Origin: Candidatus Gottesmanbacteria bacterium
Lineage (GTDB): Bacteria; Patescibacteriota; Microgenomatia; UBA10105; UBA927
Assembly (NCBI GenBank): GCA_016214885.1
Contig: JACRMP010000005.1
Span: 134,725-198,724 of the forward strand
Direction of reading: 5' to 3'
Length of the DNA stretch: 64,000 bases
In this document: positions 36,174-45,677 of the stretch, piece after piece
How the letters are laid out: the number at the start of each line of letters is the position of its first letter
Position numbering within the stretch: position 1 is the first letter of the stretch
Translations under genes and position numbers: made by a program
Notes under the pieces: generated by a model
Seen by the model: the letters and a program-made list of their open reading frames with translations, nothing else
Databases searched by the model: none
Told to the model about the DNA's origin: nothing

Positions 36174-37218
36174 GCCGTTTTTAAACGCATTCAAGAACAG
36201 CAGAAGCATAGCGGTCATCGGTGTTAAAGGAATTCCCCCGGAGTTTCCCGGAACAAGCGGGGTCGAGTTCTATGTGTCACCACGCCTGCCCTTTCTGGCC
36301 GCAGCGGGCGCGAAAGTCGTTTGCTATGTGCGGAATTGGGCAACCCCGCGTCATATAAAAACTCACAATGAGGCCGTCCTTGTCCATCTTCCCAGTGTAT
36401 CCACGCTTTACTTTGATGCGGTGAGCCATTCGTTTCTTGCGACGGTTCACGCGTGTTTTTCGCAGGTAGACACGGTTTGGTATCAGGCTGCGGGACCTGC
36501 AATGTTTTCTTTTTTACCCAGGATCTTCGGTAAAAAAGTTGTGGTTACACTACACACCCTCGAGTGGAAGCGGAAAAAATGGGAAGGGGTTGGCGGGGCT
36601 ACACTTTTGTTTGCCGAAAGGGTTGCTGTTCACAGTGCGCACGAATTGTTAGTGGTATCTCGGGAGTTGGCGCGCTATTGCCAGAGTGTGTACAGCCGCG
36701 ACTGCTATATAGACACCCCGTTAGCACACCCTCCCCGCCGAGTACCGGCGAAAATTATTTCAGACAAATATGGCCTTCATAAAGACAGGTTTGTTTTATA
36801 TTTAGGAAGGTTTGTTCCCGAGAAGCGGATAGAGTGGCTTATAAGAGCTTTCCAAAAAACTTCCCGTGCCGGTATTCGGCTTGTGCTTGCCGGCGGCGCA
36901 CATCATATGGATAAGTATGCCGTCAGCCTCCGTAAGCTTGCCGGAAACGATGCGCGCATTTGCTTTGTGGGGTGGGTGTTTGGAAAAGAAAAAGAGGAGC
37001 TCCTTGCCAACTGCCTCCTTTTTGTCCTCCCTTCTTCGGTAGAAGGAAACCCCGTTGTGCTTTATGAGCTTCCCGATGACCGCAGGGCGCTTGTGTCTGA
37101 GGCGGTGGCGAGGTTGGTGACACACCGAGGCCGCCTCTCTACATTTCCTGAATCAGGTAAGTCGTTATTTGAGAAAAAACTGCGCGAGCTAATTAATGAT
37201 GATAGAATAAAGCATTAA
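36163..37218 (+). CDS. glycosyltransferase family 4 (DUF1972 N-terminus plus GT1 domain)
   Basis: SIAVIGVKGIPPEFPGTSGVEFYV is a DUF1972-type N-terminus. The C-terminus is a GT1 domain (LPSSVEGNPVVLYE). Confidence 0.65.
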   Translation: MKNRPFLNAFKNSRSIAVIGVKGIPPEFPGTSGVEFYVSPRLPFLAAAGAKVVCYVRNWATPRHIKTHNEAVLVHLPSVSTLYFDAVSHSFLATVHACFSQVDTVWYQAAGPAMFSFLPRIFGKKVVVTLHTLEWKRKKWEGVGGATLLFAERVAVHSAHELLVVSRELARYCQSVYSRDCYIDTPLAHPPRRVPAKIISDKYGLHKDRFVLYLGRFVPEKRIEWLIRAFQKTSRAGIRLVLAGGAHHMDKYAVSLRKLAGNDARICFVGWVFGKEKEELLANCLLFVLPSSVEGNPVVLYELPDDRRALVSEAVARLVTHRGRLSTFPESGKSLFEKKLRELINDDRIKH

Positions 37219-37415
37219 TGAAAATATTTACGCGTATCACCGCATATATACCCCGCATCATCACTGAGGTTTTTCTTACTCTCGCTTTTGTTTTGGGGGT
37301 GGGTGTTGTCTCCGTCGTGTTCCGTTTAGTTGGGCGCCGCATGCTTAAGTACAGCACAAAAAAATCCCTTTGGGAGGAGCCAACGGGAAGCAGCAGTCTC
37401 GCGAGAATGTATTAG
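37218..37415 (+). CDS. small membrane protein preceding the carbamoyltransferase
   Basis: 65 aa with one TM helix (VFLTLAFVLGVGVVSVVF). It is coupled on both sides: the ATGA overlap with the upstream glycosyltransferase and a 3-nt gap to the carbamoyltransferase. Confidence 0.3.
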   Translation: MKIFTRITAYIPRIITEVFLTLAFVLGVGVVSVVFRLVGRRMLKYSTKKSLWEEPTGSSSLARMY

Positions 37416-37418
37416 CGT

Positions 37419-39116
37419 ATGAACATACTGGGAATTTCCTGTTATTACCATGATAGCTCGGCGGTTCTGATTCAGGACGGCAAGATTGTTGCGGCTGTTG
37501 CAGAAGAACGCCTCAGCCGTAAAAAACACGACAACGATTTTCCTGAGCGGGCAATCAGATTTTGTTTTGATTGGGCACACACGGATGGGCGCGGGATTGA
37601 TGCAGTAGCATTTTACGAAAAACCCCTGGTTAAGTTTGAGCGCGTGCTCGCACAGCACATAGATGCTTTTCCTTTGGGAGCGAAAGCGTTTCGCGAAAAC
37701 ATCGGATCCTGGTTTTCCCGTAAGCTTAAAATTAAAGAAACGCTTCGGAAAAAGTTTGGTTATGAGGGAGAGGTTCTTTATATCCCTCACCACCTGTCCC
37801 ATGCCGCCAGCGCCTTTTATCTTTCCGGGTTTGATAAGGCCGCTGTGGTAACTATTGACGGTGTCGGCGAATGGGCAACAACAACAATGGGCATGGGAGA
37901 CGGAATCCGTGTAAATGTGGAGAGGGAGATACGATTCCCCCACTCTCTTGGACTCCTTTATAGCGCGGTCACTTCGTATTTGGGTTTTGAGGTAAACGAT
38001 GCAGAGTATAAGGTCATGGGGTACGCCGCCTACGGAAACCCCCAGACATACAGGGAGCAATTTTCCCAACTGATTACACTTCATAAGGACGGCAGCTTCT
38101 CGCTTGCCATGGATTATTTCACCTATGTGTGGTCGGACAGGATGTATAACAAAAAGCTTGAACAGCTTTTTAACCTCCCCACCAGACAAAAGGAGTCGGG
38201 CGTGCAGCAGGAATATGCGGACATTGCCGCAGGTCTTCAGCGCGTCCTGGAGGACTCGGTGGTGAATTTGTTGGTTGCGGTACACAAGAAGCATCCTGTG
38301 AACGCGCTGTGTTTAGCCGGGGGTGTAGCATTAAATTCGGTAATGAACGGAAAATTGCTAAAACGCACCCCGTTTAAGCAACTATATATCCCCCCTGATC
38401 CTGGCGACGGAGGGGGTGCCATGGGTGCGGCCATGTACGCGTATGTGCAAAAAGCAAAAAAATCCATATGCGGAGACTTTTTCCCCAACTTGGGACCCTC
38501 GTATCCTACGGAACAGATAATCGGCACACTGGAGAGCTTCGGATTAATTTATGAGGAGGCAGAGAGTGATGCGGCTCTTGTTGACGTTGTTTCCGGGTTT
38601 CTTGCCGAAGGAAAAGTGATCGGTTGGTTTCAGGGGCGCGTGGAATGGGGCCCCAGGGCGCTGGGGTTCAGGAGTATTCTGGCGAACGCAGGAAAAACAG
38701 AAATGAAGGATGTCATCAATGCAAAAATTAAACACAGGGAGCTTTTCCGGCCGTTTGCACCCGTTATTATGGATAAGTATGTGTATGATTATTTTTTGGC
38801 AGACAGCAGGCTGTCAGAATCGACAAAATACATGCTGATGGTTTACCCGTTTACACCCAAGGGAATTAAAAGGGTGCCTGCAACGGTTCATGTGGACGGA
38901 ACCGGCAGGCTTCAAGTGATAACCAGAAAAGACAATCCGTTATATTACGATCTAATCGACGCATTTAGAAAGAAAACAGGAACACCGGTTATCCTTAACA
39001 CCTCCTTTAACGTCCGGGGGGAGCCTATTGTGGCAAGCCCCAAAGATGCCGTAGAATGTTTCTTAAAGACAGATATAGACTATTTGGTTTTAGGAAAATA
39101 TATTATTAAAAAATAA
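37419..39116 (+). CDS. NodU/CmcH-family O-carbamoyltransferase
   Basis: MNILGISCYYHDSSAVLIQDGKIVAAVAEERLSRKKHD..., the canonical carbamoyltransferase N-terminus, and the C-terminal YrdC-like region. Confidence 0.85.
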   Translation: MNILGISCYYHDSSAVLIQDGKIVAAVAEERLSRKKHDNDFPERAIRFCFDWAHTDGRGIDAVAFYEKPLVKFERVLAQHIDAFPLGAKAFRENIGSWFSRKLKIKETLRKKFGYEGEVLYIPHHLSHAASAFYLSGFDKAAVVTIDGVGEWATTTMGMGDGIRVNVEREIRFPHSLGLLYSAVTSYLGFEVNDAEYKVMGYAAYGNPQTYREQFSQLITLHKDGSFSLAMDYFTYVWSDRMYNKKLEQLFNLPTRQKESGVQQEYADIAAGLQRVLEDSVVNLLVAVHKKHPVNALCLAGGVALNSVMNGKLLKRTPFKQLYIPPDPGDGGGAMGAAMYAYVQKAKKSICGDFFPNLGPSYPTEQIIGTLESFGLIYEEAESDAALVDVVSGFLAEGKVIGWFQGRVEWGPRALGFRSILANAGKTEMKDVINAKIKHRELFRPFAPVIMDKYVYDYFLADSRLSESTKYMLMVYPFTPKGIKRVPATVHVDGTGRLQVITRKDNPLYYDLIDAFRKKTGTPVILNTSFNVRGEPIVASPKDAVECFLKTDIDYLVLGKYIIKK

Positions 39117-39117
39117 T

Positions 39118-39261
39118 ATGTGGAAAGACTTGGTTCAGTTCATCTGGGAAAATAAAAAATGGTGGATGATTCCTCCGGTAATCATACTTATTCTCTTCGG
39201 TATTCTGATTTTTGTAACCACTGCCACCCCCGTGAGCCCGTTCATCTATATGCTGTTTTAA
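39118..39261 (+). CDS. SxtK/DUF5989-like 47-aa membrane mini-protein (below the ORF-track size cutoff)
   Basis: Hand-translated as MWKDLVQFIWENKKWWMIPPVIILILFGILIFVTTATPVSPFIYMLF. The pattern KKWW-hydrophobic helix-PFIY(T/M)LF is the family hallmark as I recall it. It starts 1 nt after the carbamoyltransferase stop. Confidence 0.45.
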   Translation: MWKDLVQFIWENKKWWMIPPVIILILFGILIFVTTATPVSPFIYMLF

Positions 39262-39324
39262 TTGTCAGTCTCCCCTTTTGTGTTTTTTGTCCGGCATAGT
39301 ACACTACGGAGGAATCTTTCCTGT

Positions 39325-39747
39325 ATGGGAGAAGTCCAGTTTTTAATGAATAATGCTCGTATGAAAATTCTCAGATTGCCGCAATTTCTTGACGATGCAA
39401 GACTTTTGTCGACACAGAACGCGTCGGTTATTCCTTTTTCAATCAGGCGGGTATTTATAATATGTGACGTTCAGGCCGACACCCTGCGGGGTAAGCACGC
39501 ACACAAAAAAACGAAACAGGCGATGTTTTGTATCCAGGGCTCTGTGCACGTCCGGTTAAGCGACGGGAAGAAAAAAAGAGTGTATCGGCTGACCGACCCC
39601 CGTCGGGGTATTTTTATTGACCGCCTCGTATGGTCGGAAATGTATAATTTCAGTTCCGATGCAATACTCATGGTTTTTGCCTCAGATTATTATAAAGAGG
39701 GTGATTATATACGTGATTATAAAAATTTTCTTAAATTAATAAAATGA
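39325..39747 (+). CDS. WxcM/FdtA-like cupin, dTDP-4-keto-6-deoxyhexose 3,4-isomerase
   Basis: RGKHAHKKTKQAMFCIQGSVHVRL...LVWSEMYNFSSDAILMVFASDYY matches the FdtA/WxcM cupin. The track ORF starts at a TTG (39262). A GGAGG sits 12 nt before the ATG at 39325; ATGs at 39346 and 39361 are alternatives. Confidence 0.55.
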   Translation: MGEVQFLMNNARMKILRLPQFLDDARLLSTQNASVIPFSIRRVFIICDVQADTLRGKHAHKKTKQAMFCIQGSVHVRLSDGKKKRVYRLTDPRRGIFIDRLVWSEMYNFSSDAILMVFASDYYKEGDYIRDYKNFLKLIK

Positions 39748-40853
39748 AACAACGTATAGTCATGAATGATTTTTCTCGGGAATACAGGGATCTTGGCAAG
39801 CCTCTCATAAAAAAACTGGATTCATTTTTAGCTGCTGGCCAATACATACTTGGTCCCAATGTAGCAGCTTTTGAACGCGGGTTTGCGCGACACCTCGGAT
39901 CAAAATACTGTGTCGGGGTTGGTAACGGCCTTGAAGCAATTCAGATTGCTCTCATGGGGCTTGGAGTTGGAAAGGGCGACGAGGTGATTACCGTGTCTAA
40001 TTCTGATGTTGCAACCGCCCTTGCGATTCTTTATGCCGGAGCTACTCCCGTATTTATCGATGTGGATGAGTATTATCATTTGGATCCTAAATTGCTTGAG
40101 CGGGCCATCACAAAGCGCACAAAAGCTATTTTACCGGTTCACTTGTTTGGTCAGGCTGCTGACATGTCTGCAATTTTAGATGTCGCAAAAAAACACAAGT
40201 TAATGATTGTAGAAGATGCCTGTCAGGCACACGGGGCAACATATAAGGGAAAATATGCCGGTACATTCGGAACAGCCGGATGTTTTAGTTTTTATCCCAC
40301 TAAAAATCTTGGTGCGGCTGGTGACGCAGGCGCAATAGTAACGGATAATAAAGCACTTTACGAAAAATGCCTGATGCTCCGGAACAGGGGGGCAAAAAAA
40401 AGATGTGTTCATGTGCTGCGGGGCTTGAATAGCCGGCTTGATGAACTGCAGGCGGTCATTCTTCGCCATAAGCTCCCCCGCTTGAGGGCGGCGAACAAAA
40501 GGAGGAGAGAGGTAGCGGCCAGGTATATTTCACTTCTTTCCGGTGTTGCCGGAGTCGGGTTACCAGGAGAGAGACAGGGTGCTCGGCACGTCTATCATCA
40601 GTTTGTAATCTCTGTACCCCATCGCGATAAACTGATGAAATATTTGTCTATGCACGGTGTGGATTCATTGGTTCATTATCCTGTTCCCATACATTGGCAG
40701 GAATCATTTTCAGGGTTCAGAAATACGCATCTTCCAAAAACAGAAAGGTACACGAAGGAGATGCTTTCTCTCCCTGTGCATCCGTATATGACGGAAGCAC
40801 AGGTCGACGCTGTAGCCGGTTTAGTTAAAAAATTCTTTTGTAATAAGAAATAA
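39744..40853 (+). CDS. DegT/DnrJ/EryC1-family PLP sugar aminotransferase
   Basis: ILGPNVAAFERGFARHLGSKYCVGVGNGLEAIQIAL, the PLP-lysine context FYPTKNLGAAGDAG, and its pairing with the FdtA-like gene. Confidence 0.85.
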   Translation: MKQRIVMNDFSREYRDLGKPLIKKLDSFLAAGQYILGPNVAAFERGFARHLGSKYCVGVGNGLEAIQIALMGLGVGKGDEVITVSNSDVATALAILYAGATPVFIDVDEYYHLDPKLLERAITKRTKAILPVHLFGQAADMSAILDVAKKHKLMIVEDACQAHGATYKGKYAGTFGTAGCFSFYPTKNLGAAGDAGAIVTDNKALYEKCLMLRNRGAKKRCVHVLRGLNSRLDELQAVILRHKLPRLRAANKRRREVAARYISLLSGVAGVGLPGERQGARHVYHQFVISVPHRDKLMKYLSMHGVDSLVHYPVPIHWQESFSGFRNTHLPKTERYTKEMLSLPVHPYMTEAQVDAVAGLVKKFFCNKK

Positions 40854-40867
40854 TCATTGACATCAGC

Positions 40868-41584
40868 ATGTATAAGACCAGCATTTCAGTGTTTTTCCCC
40901 TGTTATAATGACGCCAAAAGCATAGGACGACTTGTATTAGACGCGCAAGAAATCCTTACCACCCTTGTAAGCGATTGGGAAATAATTGTGGTAAATGACG
41001 GATCTACCGACGAAAGCATGATGGTTTTGGAGAAGCTTCGTCTGACAGTTCCGCGGTTGAGAATTATAAACCACGTTAAAAATAAGGGGTATGGAGCAGC
41101 GCTAAGAAGTGGTTTTGCCGCAGCCCGCAAATCGCTTGTTTTTTATACTGACGGAGACGGTCAATACTCCGTGAAAGAGCTTGGTATTCTTCTTCCTCTT
41201 ATGACCGGCGAGATAGATTTTGTAAACGGGATAAAAATGAGCCGCAAGGATCCCACGTATCGGATCTTCCTTGGTAATTGGTACAGCCTGGTGGCCCGGT
41301 GGATGTTTTGGCTACCAATTTATGACGTGGACTGCGATTTTCGTCTGATCCGCCGCCGGGTTCTTAAAAAAATGTCACTTTTCAGCAGCAGCGGATCCAT
41401 TTGTATCGAACTGGTGAAAAAAGCAGAGTTGTCCGGTGCGCGATTCAGGCAGGTATCTGTGCATCACTACGAACGAAAATACGGATCCTCACATTTTTTC
41501 CGTATAGACCGGCTTTTTTATACATTATGTCAGGTAATTATTTTGTGGATTCAAATTTGGGTCAAGTATTTTTTCAAAAAATAG
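40868..41584 (+). CDS. GT2 polyprenyl-phosphate glycosyltransferase (GtrB/DPM1-like)
   Basis: SVFFPCYNDAKSI...EIIVVNDGSTDES...VKNKGYGAALRSG...TDGDGQYS, the GT-A DXD fold. Confidence 0.75.
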   Translation: MYKTSISVFFPCYNDAKSIGRLVLDAQEILTTLVSDWEIIVVNDGSTDESMMVLEKLRLTVPRLRIINHVKNKGYGAALRSGFAAARKSLVFYTDGDGQYSVKELGILLPLMTGEIDFVNGIKMSRKDPTYRIFLGNWYSLVARWMFWLPIYDVDCDFRLIRRRVLKKMSLFSSSGSICIELVKKAELSGARFRQVSVHHYERKYGSSHFFRIDRLFYTLCQVIILWIQIWVKYFFKK

Positions 41585-41654
41585 TTTATTCACGCGGATG
41601 CATTTTGCCATTGGTTTTTATCTGTCAAATGTATAAATAACACCTCAAATTGCC

Positions 41655-42698
41655 ATGCGTAGATTCATATACATAGTTTGTTTAGCCGCCGTTTCGTTAA
41701 CAGCCACAATAGCAGTATTAGAATTGAGCCTGAAAGCTATCAGGTACAAACCACGTGCTGTTTGGTGGCAATGGGTTACTAATCCCGACAATCAAAAATT
41801 TGTTCTTGATACCCGGAGAATTTATCGATTAAAAAAAGGGGTTATTGTGGATTTCGAGGAGAATACCCCCGTGCAGACGATTAACGCCGAAGGTTGGCGC
41901 GCCTCCCCCTGCGCGCAGGGGTCGGAAACCTGGTTATTTGTCGGCGATTCGTTTGTTTACGGCCACGGTGTGGATGATCAGCAAACATTCCCGGCGTATG
42001 CTTATAAAGCAATGATGGATCACGGGAAACCGGTGTGTACGGTAAACGCGGGTGTGCAGGGGTATTCCCTTGGTCCGTCATATGTTGCGTTTCGGGAAGC
42101 GCTTGTAAGGGTAAAACCCGACGTAGTAGTGTGGGGCATCCGTTCGGATGATTTTCTGGATTCGGCACAAAATGGTGTGATATCGGTGAATAAAGACGAT
42201 GTTATAGTTCGGGGCGCGTGGACAAGCGGCGTGTTTCTTCAGGGGGTATTAAATAAGACTGTTGGAAGAATATTCCCCCATAGCCTGCTATTAAATGCGC
42301 TCATGTACGTTTTGCAGGCAGACAGGACGGATAATCGGTATATAGCGGAGCAAATGCGCACGCTCCCCTTTTTCTTATCGCATATGCGAGCGCTTTCACA
42401 AAAGCATTTGTTTACGCTGTATTATGTTATTACGCCTTCTCAGTCCGTCGTTATTGATCCAACAAGGAGCGATAATCCCGAGGGCGCGGTGTATGCGCCA
42501 TTGCGGCAGGCGCTGCGGACAAACGGCGAACCGTTTTTGGACATGAACGCCGTTTTGTCGCCGGTGTATCTTACTCATCTTAAAAAAATTGTGGGTATAG
42601 AAAGCGATAAAATTTTTCAAACAGACGGGCATCTAACCGCAAGCGGCAACAAACTTATGGGAAAACTGTTTTATGATGCTACTTATGCCGGGAGGTAG
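41655..42698 (+). CDS. SGNH/GDSL-family hydrolase or acyltransferase, N-terminal TM
   Basis: LFVGDSFVYGHGVDD (GDS block) after a signal anchor. Paralogous to 42794..43843 and 58440..59645. Confidence 0.5.
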   Translation: MRRFIYIVCLAAVSLTATIAVLELSLKAIRYKPRAVWWQWVTNPDNQKFVLDTRRIYRLKKGVIVDFEENTPVQTINAEGWRASPCAQGSETWLFVGDSFVYGHGVDDQQTFPAYAYKAMMDHGKPVCTVNAGVQGYSLGPSYVAFREALVRVKPDVVVWGIRSDDFLDSAQNGVISVNKDDVIVRGAWTSGVFLQGVLNKTVGRIFPHSLLLNALMYVLQADRTDNRYIAEQMRTLPFFLSHMRALSQKHLFTLYYVITPSQSVVIDPTRSDNPEGAVYAPLRQALRTNGEPFLDMNAVLSPVYLTHLKKIVGIESDKIFQTDGHLTASGNKLMGKLFYDATYAGR

Positions 42699-42793
42699 TA
42701 TTTACTATATGGATCTTGTTGGGCGCGGACAGCATTATCTATTACATTACTCTACGGCGGGCAAAAAATAACGCGTAGGCTTATTTACGCGTC

Positions 42794-43843
42794 ATGCTTA
42801 TGAAGCAGTATTCCTTCAGGGTTAAAGCTGTAGCAGGACTTTTGATAGTTCTGGAGAGCCTTGTGCTAATAGGTGCGCTTGGATATTTTGTTTACGTCAA
42901 ATCTCAATCGTATGGATTGGGAGCGGGTGTTTCCCGAATAAATAAAGAAAATGTTGTTTTTCGGCCGGGTGAGCGCCTTAAATTTTTTTATGAATGGGAA
43001 GCCCATCAAACCATTGTCTATGAGCGGTCCTGGCTTCCTCAGGTCTTTGAAACCAAAACAAACAGCGACGGGCTGATATCTCCGGTTGATTATGAGCCAT
43101 CAAAGCCGCCTGACGTATACCGAATTTTGGCTATAGGCGATTCCTTTGTGGAGGGTCCGTTTGTTGAGCCTGGTGAAGCCTATCCAAGACAACTGGAAGC
43201 GCTGTTAAATGCATCAGATGCCTGTAAAGCCGTGCGCACATATGAAGTGCTTAATCTGGGTGTTGGCGGTTATGACATAGAATATGCAGGCGCCCGACTC
43301 TTATCCAAGGGCATAAAGTACAACCCCGATGTAATTATATGGTTTCTTAAAAATGATGACTTTATTGAACGATCAGACATAAACTTTATCAGAGAACAAA
43401 AATATATAGAGTTTGTAAATAACACTCTGGGAGGTGATATAGAAAAATTTGCTCCTTATAAGAAATGGCTGAATCAGATCGGAGATACAAAAAACGTCAG
43501 TCAAATCATACACGGAGTAGTTGTGGGTGAGCAGGTAGAAGAAGAGGCTCACAAATTATATTTCAAAGAACAGAACGATATGATTAACGAAGTTGCAAGT
43601 GTAATAAAGCTGCCGATTATCCTTGCCACATTTTCTGATACGGATGCAATCTTTAAAGCAAGAATGAGATTGTGGGCAAACTATCACGAGAATATGCATT
43701 TCTTTGATAAAATACCCGCGCTAAAATCCGGAGATGAGACATTTGACCCTCATGACGGACACCCGAACAGCAGCGGGTATCGGGTGATAGCAAATAGCCT
43801 GTTTGACGAGTTAGTAAATAACGGCTTTGTGTGTAGAGATTAA
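42794..43843 (+). CDS. SGNH/GDSL-family hydrolase or acyltransferase, N-terminal TM
   Basis: ILAIGDSFVEGPFVEPGEAYPRQLEALL and C-terminal DPHDGHPNSSGYRVIANSL (block V, DxxH). Confidence 0.5.
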   Translation: MLMKQYSFRVKAVAGLLIVLESLVLIGALGYFVYVKSQSYGLGAGVSRINKENVVFRPGERLKFFYEWEAHQTIVYERSWLPQVFETKTNSDGLISPVDYEPSKPPDVYRILAIGDSFVEGPFVEPGEAYPRQLEALLNASDACKAVRTYEVLNLGVGGYDIEYAGARLLSKGIKYNPDVIIWFLKNDDFIERSDINFIREQKYIEFVNNTLGGDIEKFAPYKKWLNQIGDTKNVSQIIHGVVVGEQVEEEAHKLYFKEQNDMINEVASVIKLPIILATFSDTDAIFKARMRLWANYHENMHFFDKIPALKSGDETFDPHDGHPNSSGYRVIANSLFDELVNNGFVCRD

Positions 43844-43876
43844 TGCAGTATTTTATGCACGCCGTGAATATTCATT

Positions 43877-45643
43877 ATGTATAAACGCATGACACGAATG
43901 ATAGGTAGTTTTATTGAAACGGTGGGCGTGTTTGTAAAGAAGTATTTTTTGGTAGCCGCGCTATTTTTTATTTTAACCGTTATTGTGACTTACCCCCTTG
44001 TTAACAATGTTTTGACCAGAATACCCGGTTATGGTGACGCTTTAACATACCTTTGGACTCTGTGGTGGTTTCATCACGCTGTGGCCGTTCTTCACCAAAA
44101 TCCCCTATTCACGAATTTTCAATTCTATCCTGAAGCCATCAATATTTCACAGGATGTGTCATTGCTGCATGGAGTGTATGCACTCCCCATCATTTCCTGG
44201 CTTGGTGTATATGCCGGATATAATGCCGTTATATTTTTTACGTACGTTGTTACCGGTCTTGGATTCTATATATTTTTCCGGTCACTAATAATTAGCAAAA
44301 CCGCGGCATTTATAGGTTCGTGTCTATTTACCTTTTCCTATTACCGTAACATTCGTGTTACGGAAGGTCATGTGGATATTGCATCTACAGAATGGTATGG
44401 TTTTGTTTTATACTTTTTGACCGCAATATTTTATTTCGGAAAAAATTCAAGAAGAAATATTTTTGGCGCCGCGCTATTTTTGTCGCTATGTGCTTATACG
44501 GAGTACAGAAATTTTTTTTATATCGCGTTATTTTTCGGATTATTTGTTCTGGTCTCAACAATCGTACAGATGGCTAGGTCCAAAAGACATGAGGTAAAAG
44601 CGCTTCTTATAGCGCAAACGGAATCTTTTATTTCCGTTGCACTTATCGTCTGGTTTATGCTTTTGCCGTTATTTATCATTAACCTAAGTAAGATTGGAGA
44701 TGTCCAGTACGCACCTACATATCCAAGTTTTAACGCATACGCGCCTGCGTTTATACTCCCTCCATGTAGTACTCATCTTGGGCAAATATTACCGCGGTGT
44801 TTCTCTTCTCCAGTATACGAAGGCGGCATGGTGTATCTGGGTATAACATCCGTTTTATTTTCCCTTTATTACCTTATTTTGAGAAGCAGAAAGCGAGATT
44901 GGGGAATCGTTATGCTGTTCGGATCCCTCATTGTTATATTTATATTGCTTTCTCTCGGTACCAAAACACCGTTATATTCCTGGCTATTTGATAATATGCC
45001 GCTTTTTAAGGTTGTCCGGGTGCCAAGCCGGCTCGTTGTGTTGGTGGGCGCATGTTTGTCGGTTATCAGTGCGATGGGTGTTCACGCAATGCTTCAGCGG
45101 AGTGCTGCGCCGCAACGACTCATGATAATAGTGTTCGCTACGATACTTTTTATTGCTGAGGGGGCGGTATCAAACGAGAAATATGTATACGATAGCGCGG
45201 GAGTGTCACCGCACCTTGCTGTATTAGAAGCAAGCAATTCCTATTCGTTATTAGAAATTCCGTTTGGTTTTAGAGGAAACATATATGAAACATTCGGTTC
45301 CCATAATACCGGTCAGAGTTTTTATTATCAGATGAGACATCAAATTCCGTTAATCGGCGGCTACATGTCCATGATTGATTTCAGCACATGGAGAAATATC
45401 AGCGAAGATTCGTTGTTAATAAAGCTTGTTAATTGCCAGGAAATATCCGTGTGCGAGCCGTTAAGTGATATAGAAAAACAGGCATTCAGTCAAAAATATA
45501 AAGTAAAATACGTATCATTTTTATCCAATAATTATATGCATCTTGAACAGTATCTAAAGAGTAACTTAAATCTACAAGTAGTATACCGTGACGGGACAAA
45601 GGCTGTGTTCCAAAATTCTTCATTGGTTGCTGACGCTGATTGA
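43877..45643 (+). CDS. large polytopic membrane protein, putative GT-C-fold glycosyltransferase (YfhO/ArnT-like)
   Basis: At least twelve hydrophobic helices, an early periplasmic loop with YPLVNNVLTRIPGYGDALTYLWTLWWFHHAV, and a C-terminal soluble domain. Confidence 0.4.
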   Translation: MYKRMTRMIGSFIETVGVFVKKYFLVAALFFILTVIVTYPLVNNVLTRIPGYGDALTYLWTLWWFHHAVAVLHQNPLFTNFQFYPEAINISQDVSLLHGVYALPIISWLGVYAGYNAVIFFTYVVTGLGFYIFFRSLIISKTAAFIGSCLFTFSYYRNIRVTEGHVDIASTEWYGFVLYFLTAIFYFGKNSRRNIFGAALFLSLCAYTEYRNFFYIALFFGLFVLVSTIVQMARSKRHEVKALLIAQTESFISVALIVWFMLLPLFIINLSKIGDVQYAPTYPSFNAYAPAFILPPCSTHLGQILPRCFSSPVYEGGMVYLGITSVLFSLYYLILRSRKRDWGIVMLFGSLIVIFILLSLGTKTPLYSWLFDNMPLFKVVRVPSRLVVLVGACLSVISAMGVHAMLQRSAAPQRLMIIVFATILFIAEGAVSNEKYVYDSAGVSPHLAVLEASNSYSLLEIPFGFRGNIYETFGSHNTGQSFYYQMRHQIPLIGGYMSMIDFSTWRNISEDSLLIKLVNCQEISVCEPLSDIEKQAFSQKYKVKYVSFLSNNYMHLEQYLKSNLNLQVVYRDGTKAVFQNSSLVADAD

Positions 45644-45677
45644 TTGTAGCGCGGGTCTGTTGCGGTGATGCGGTAAG

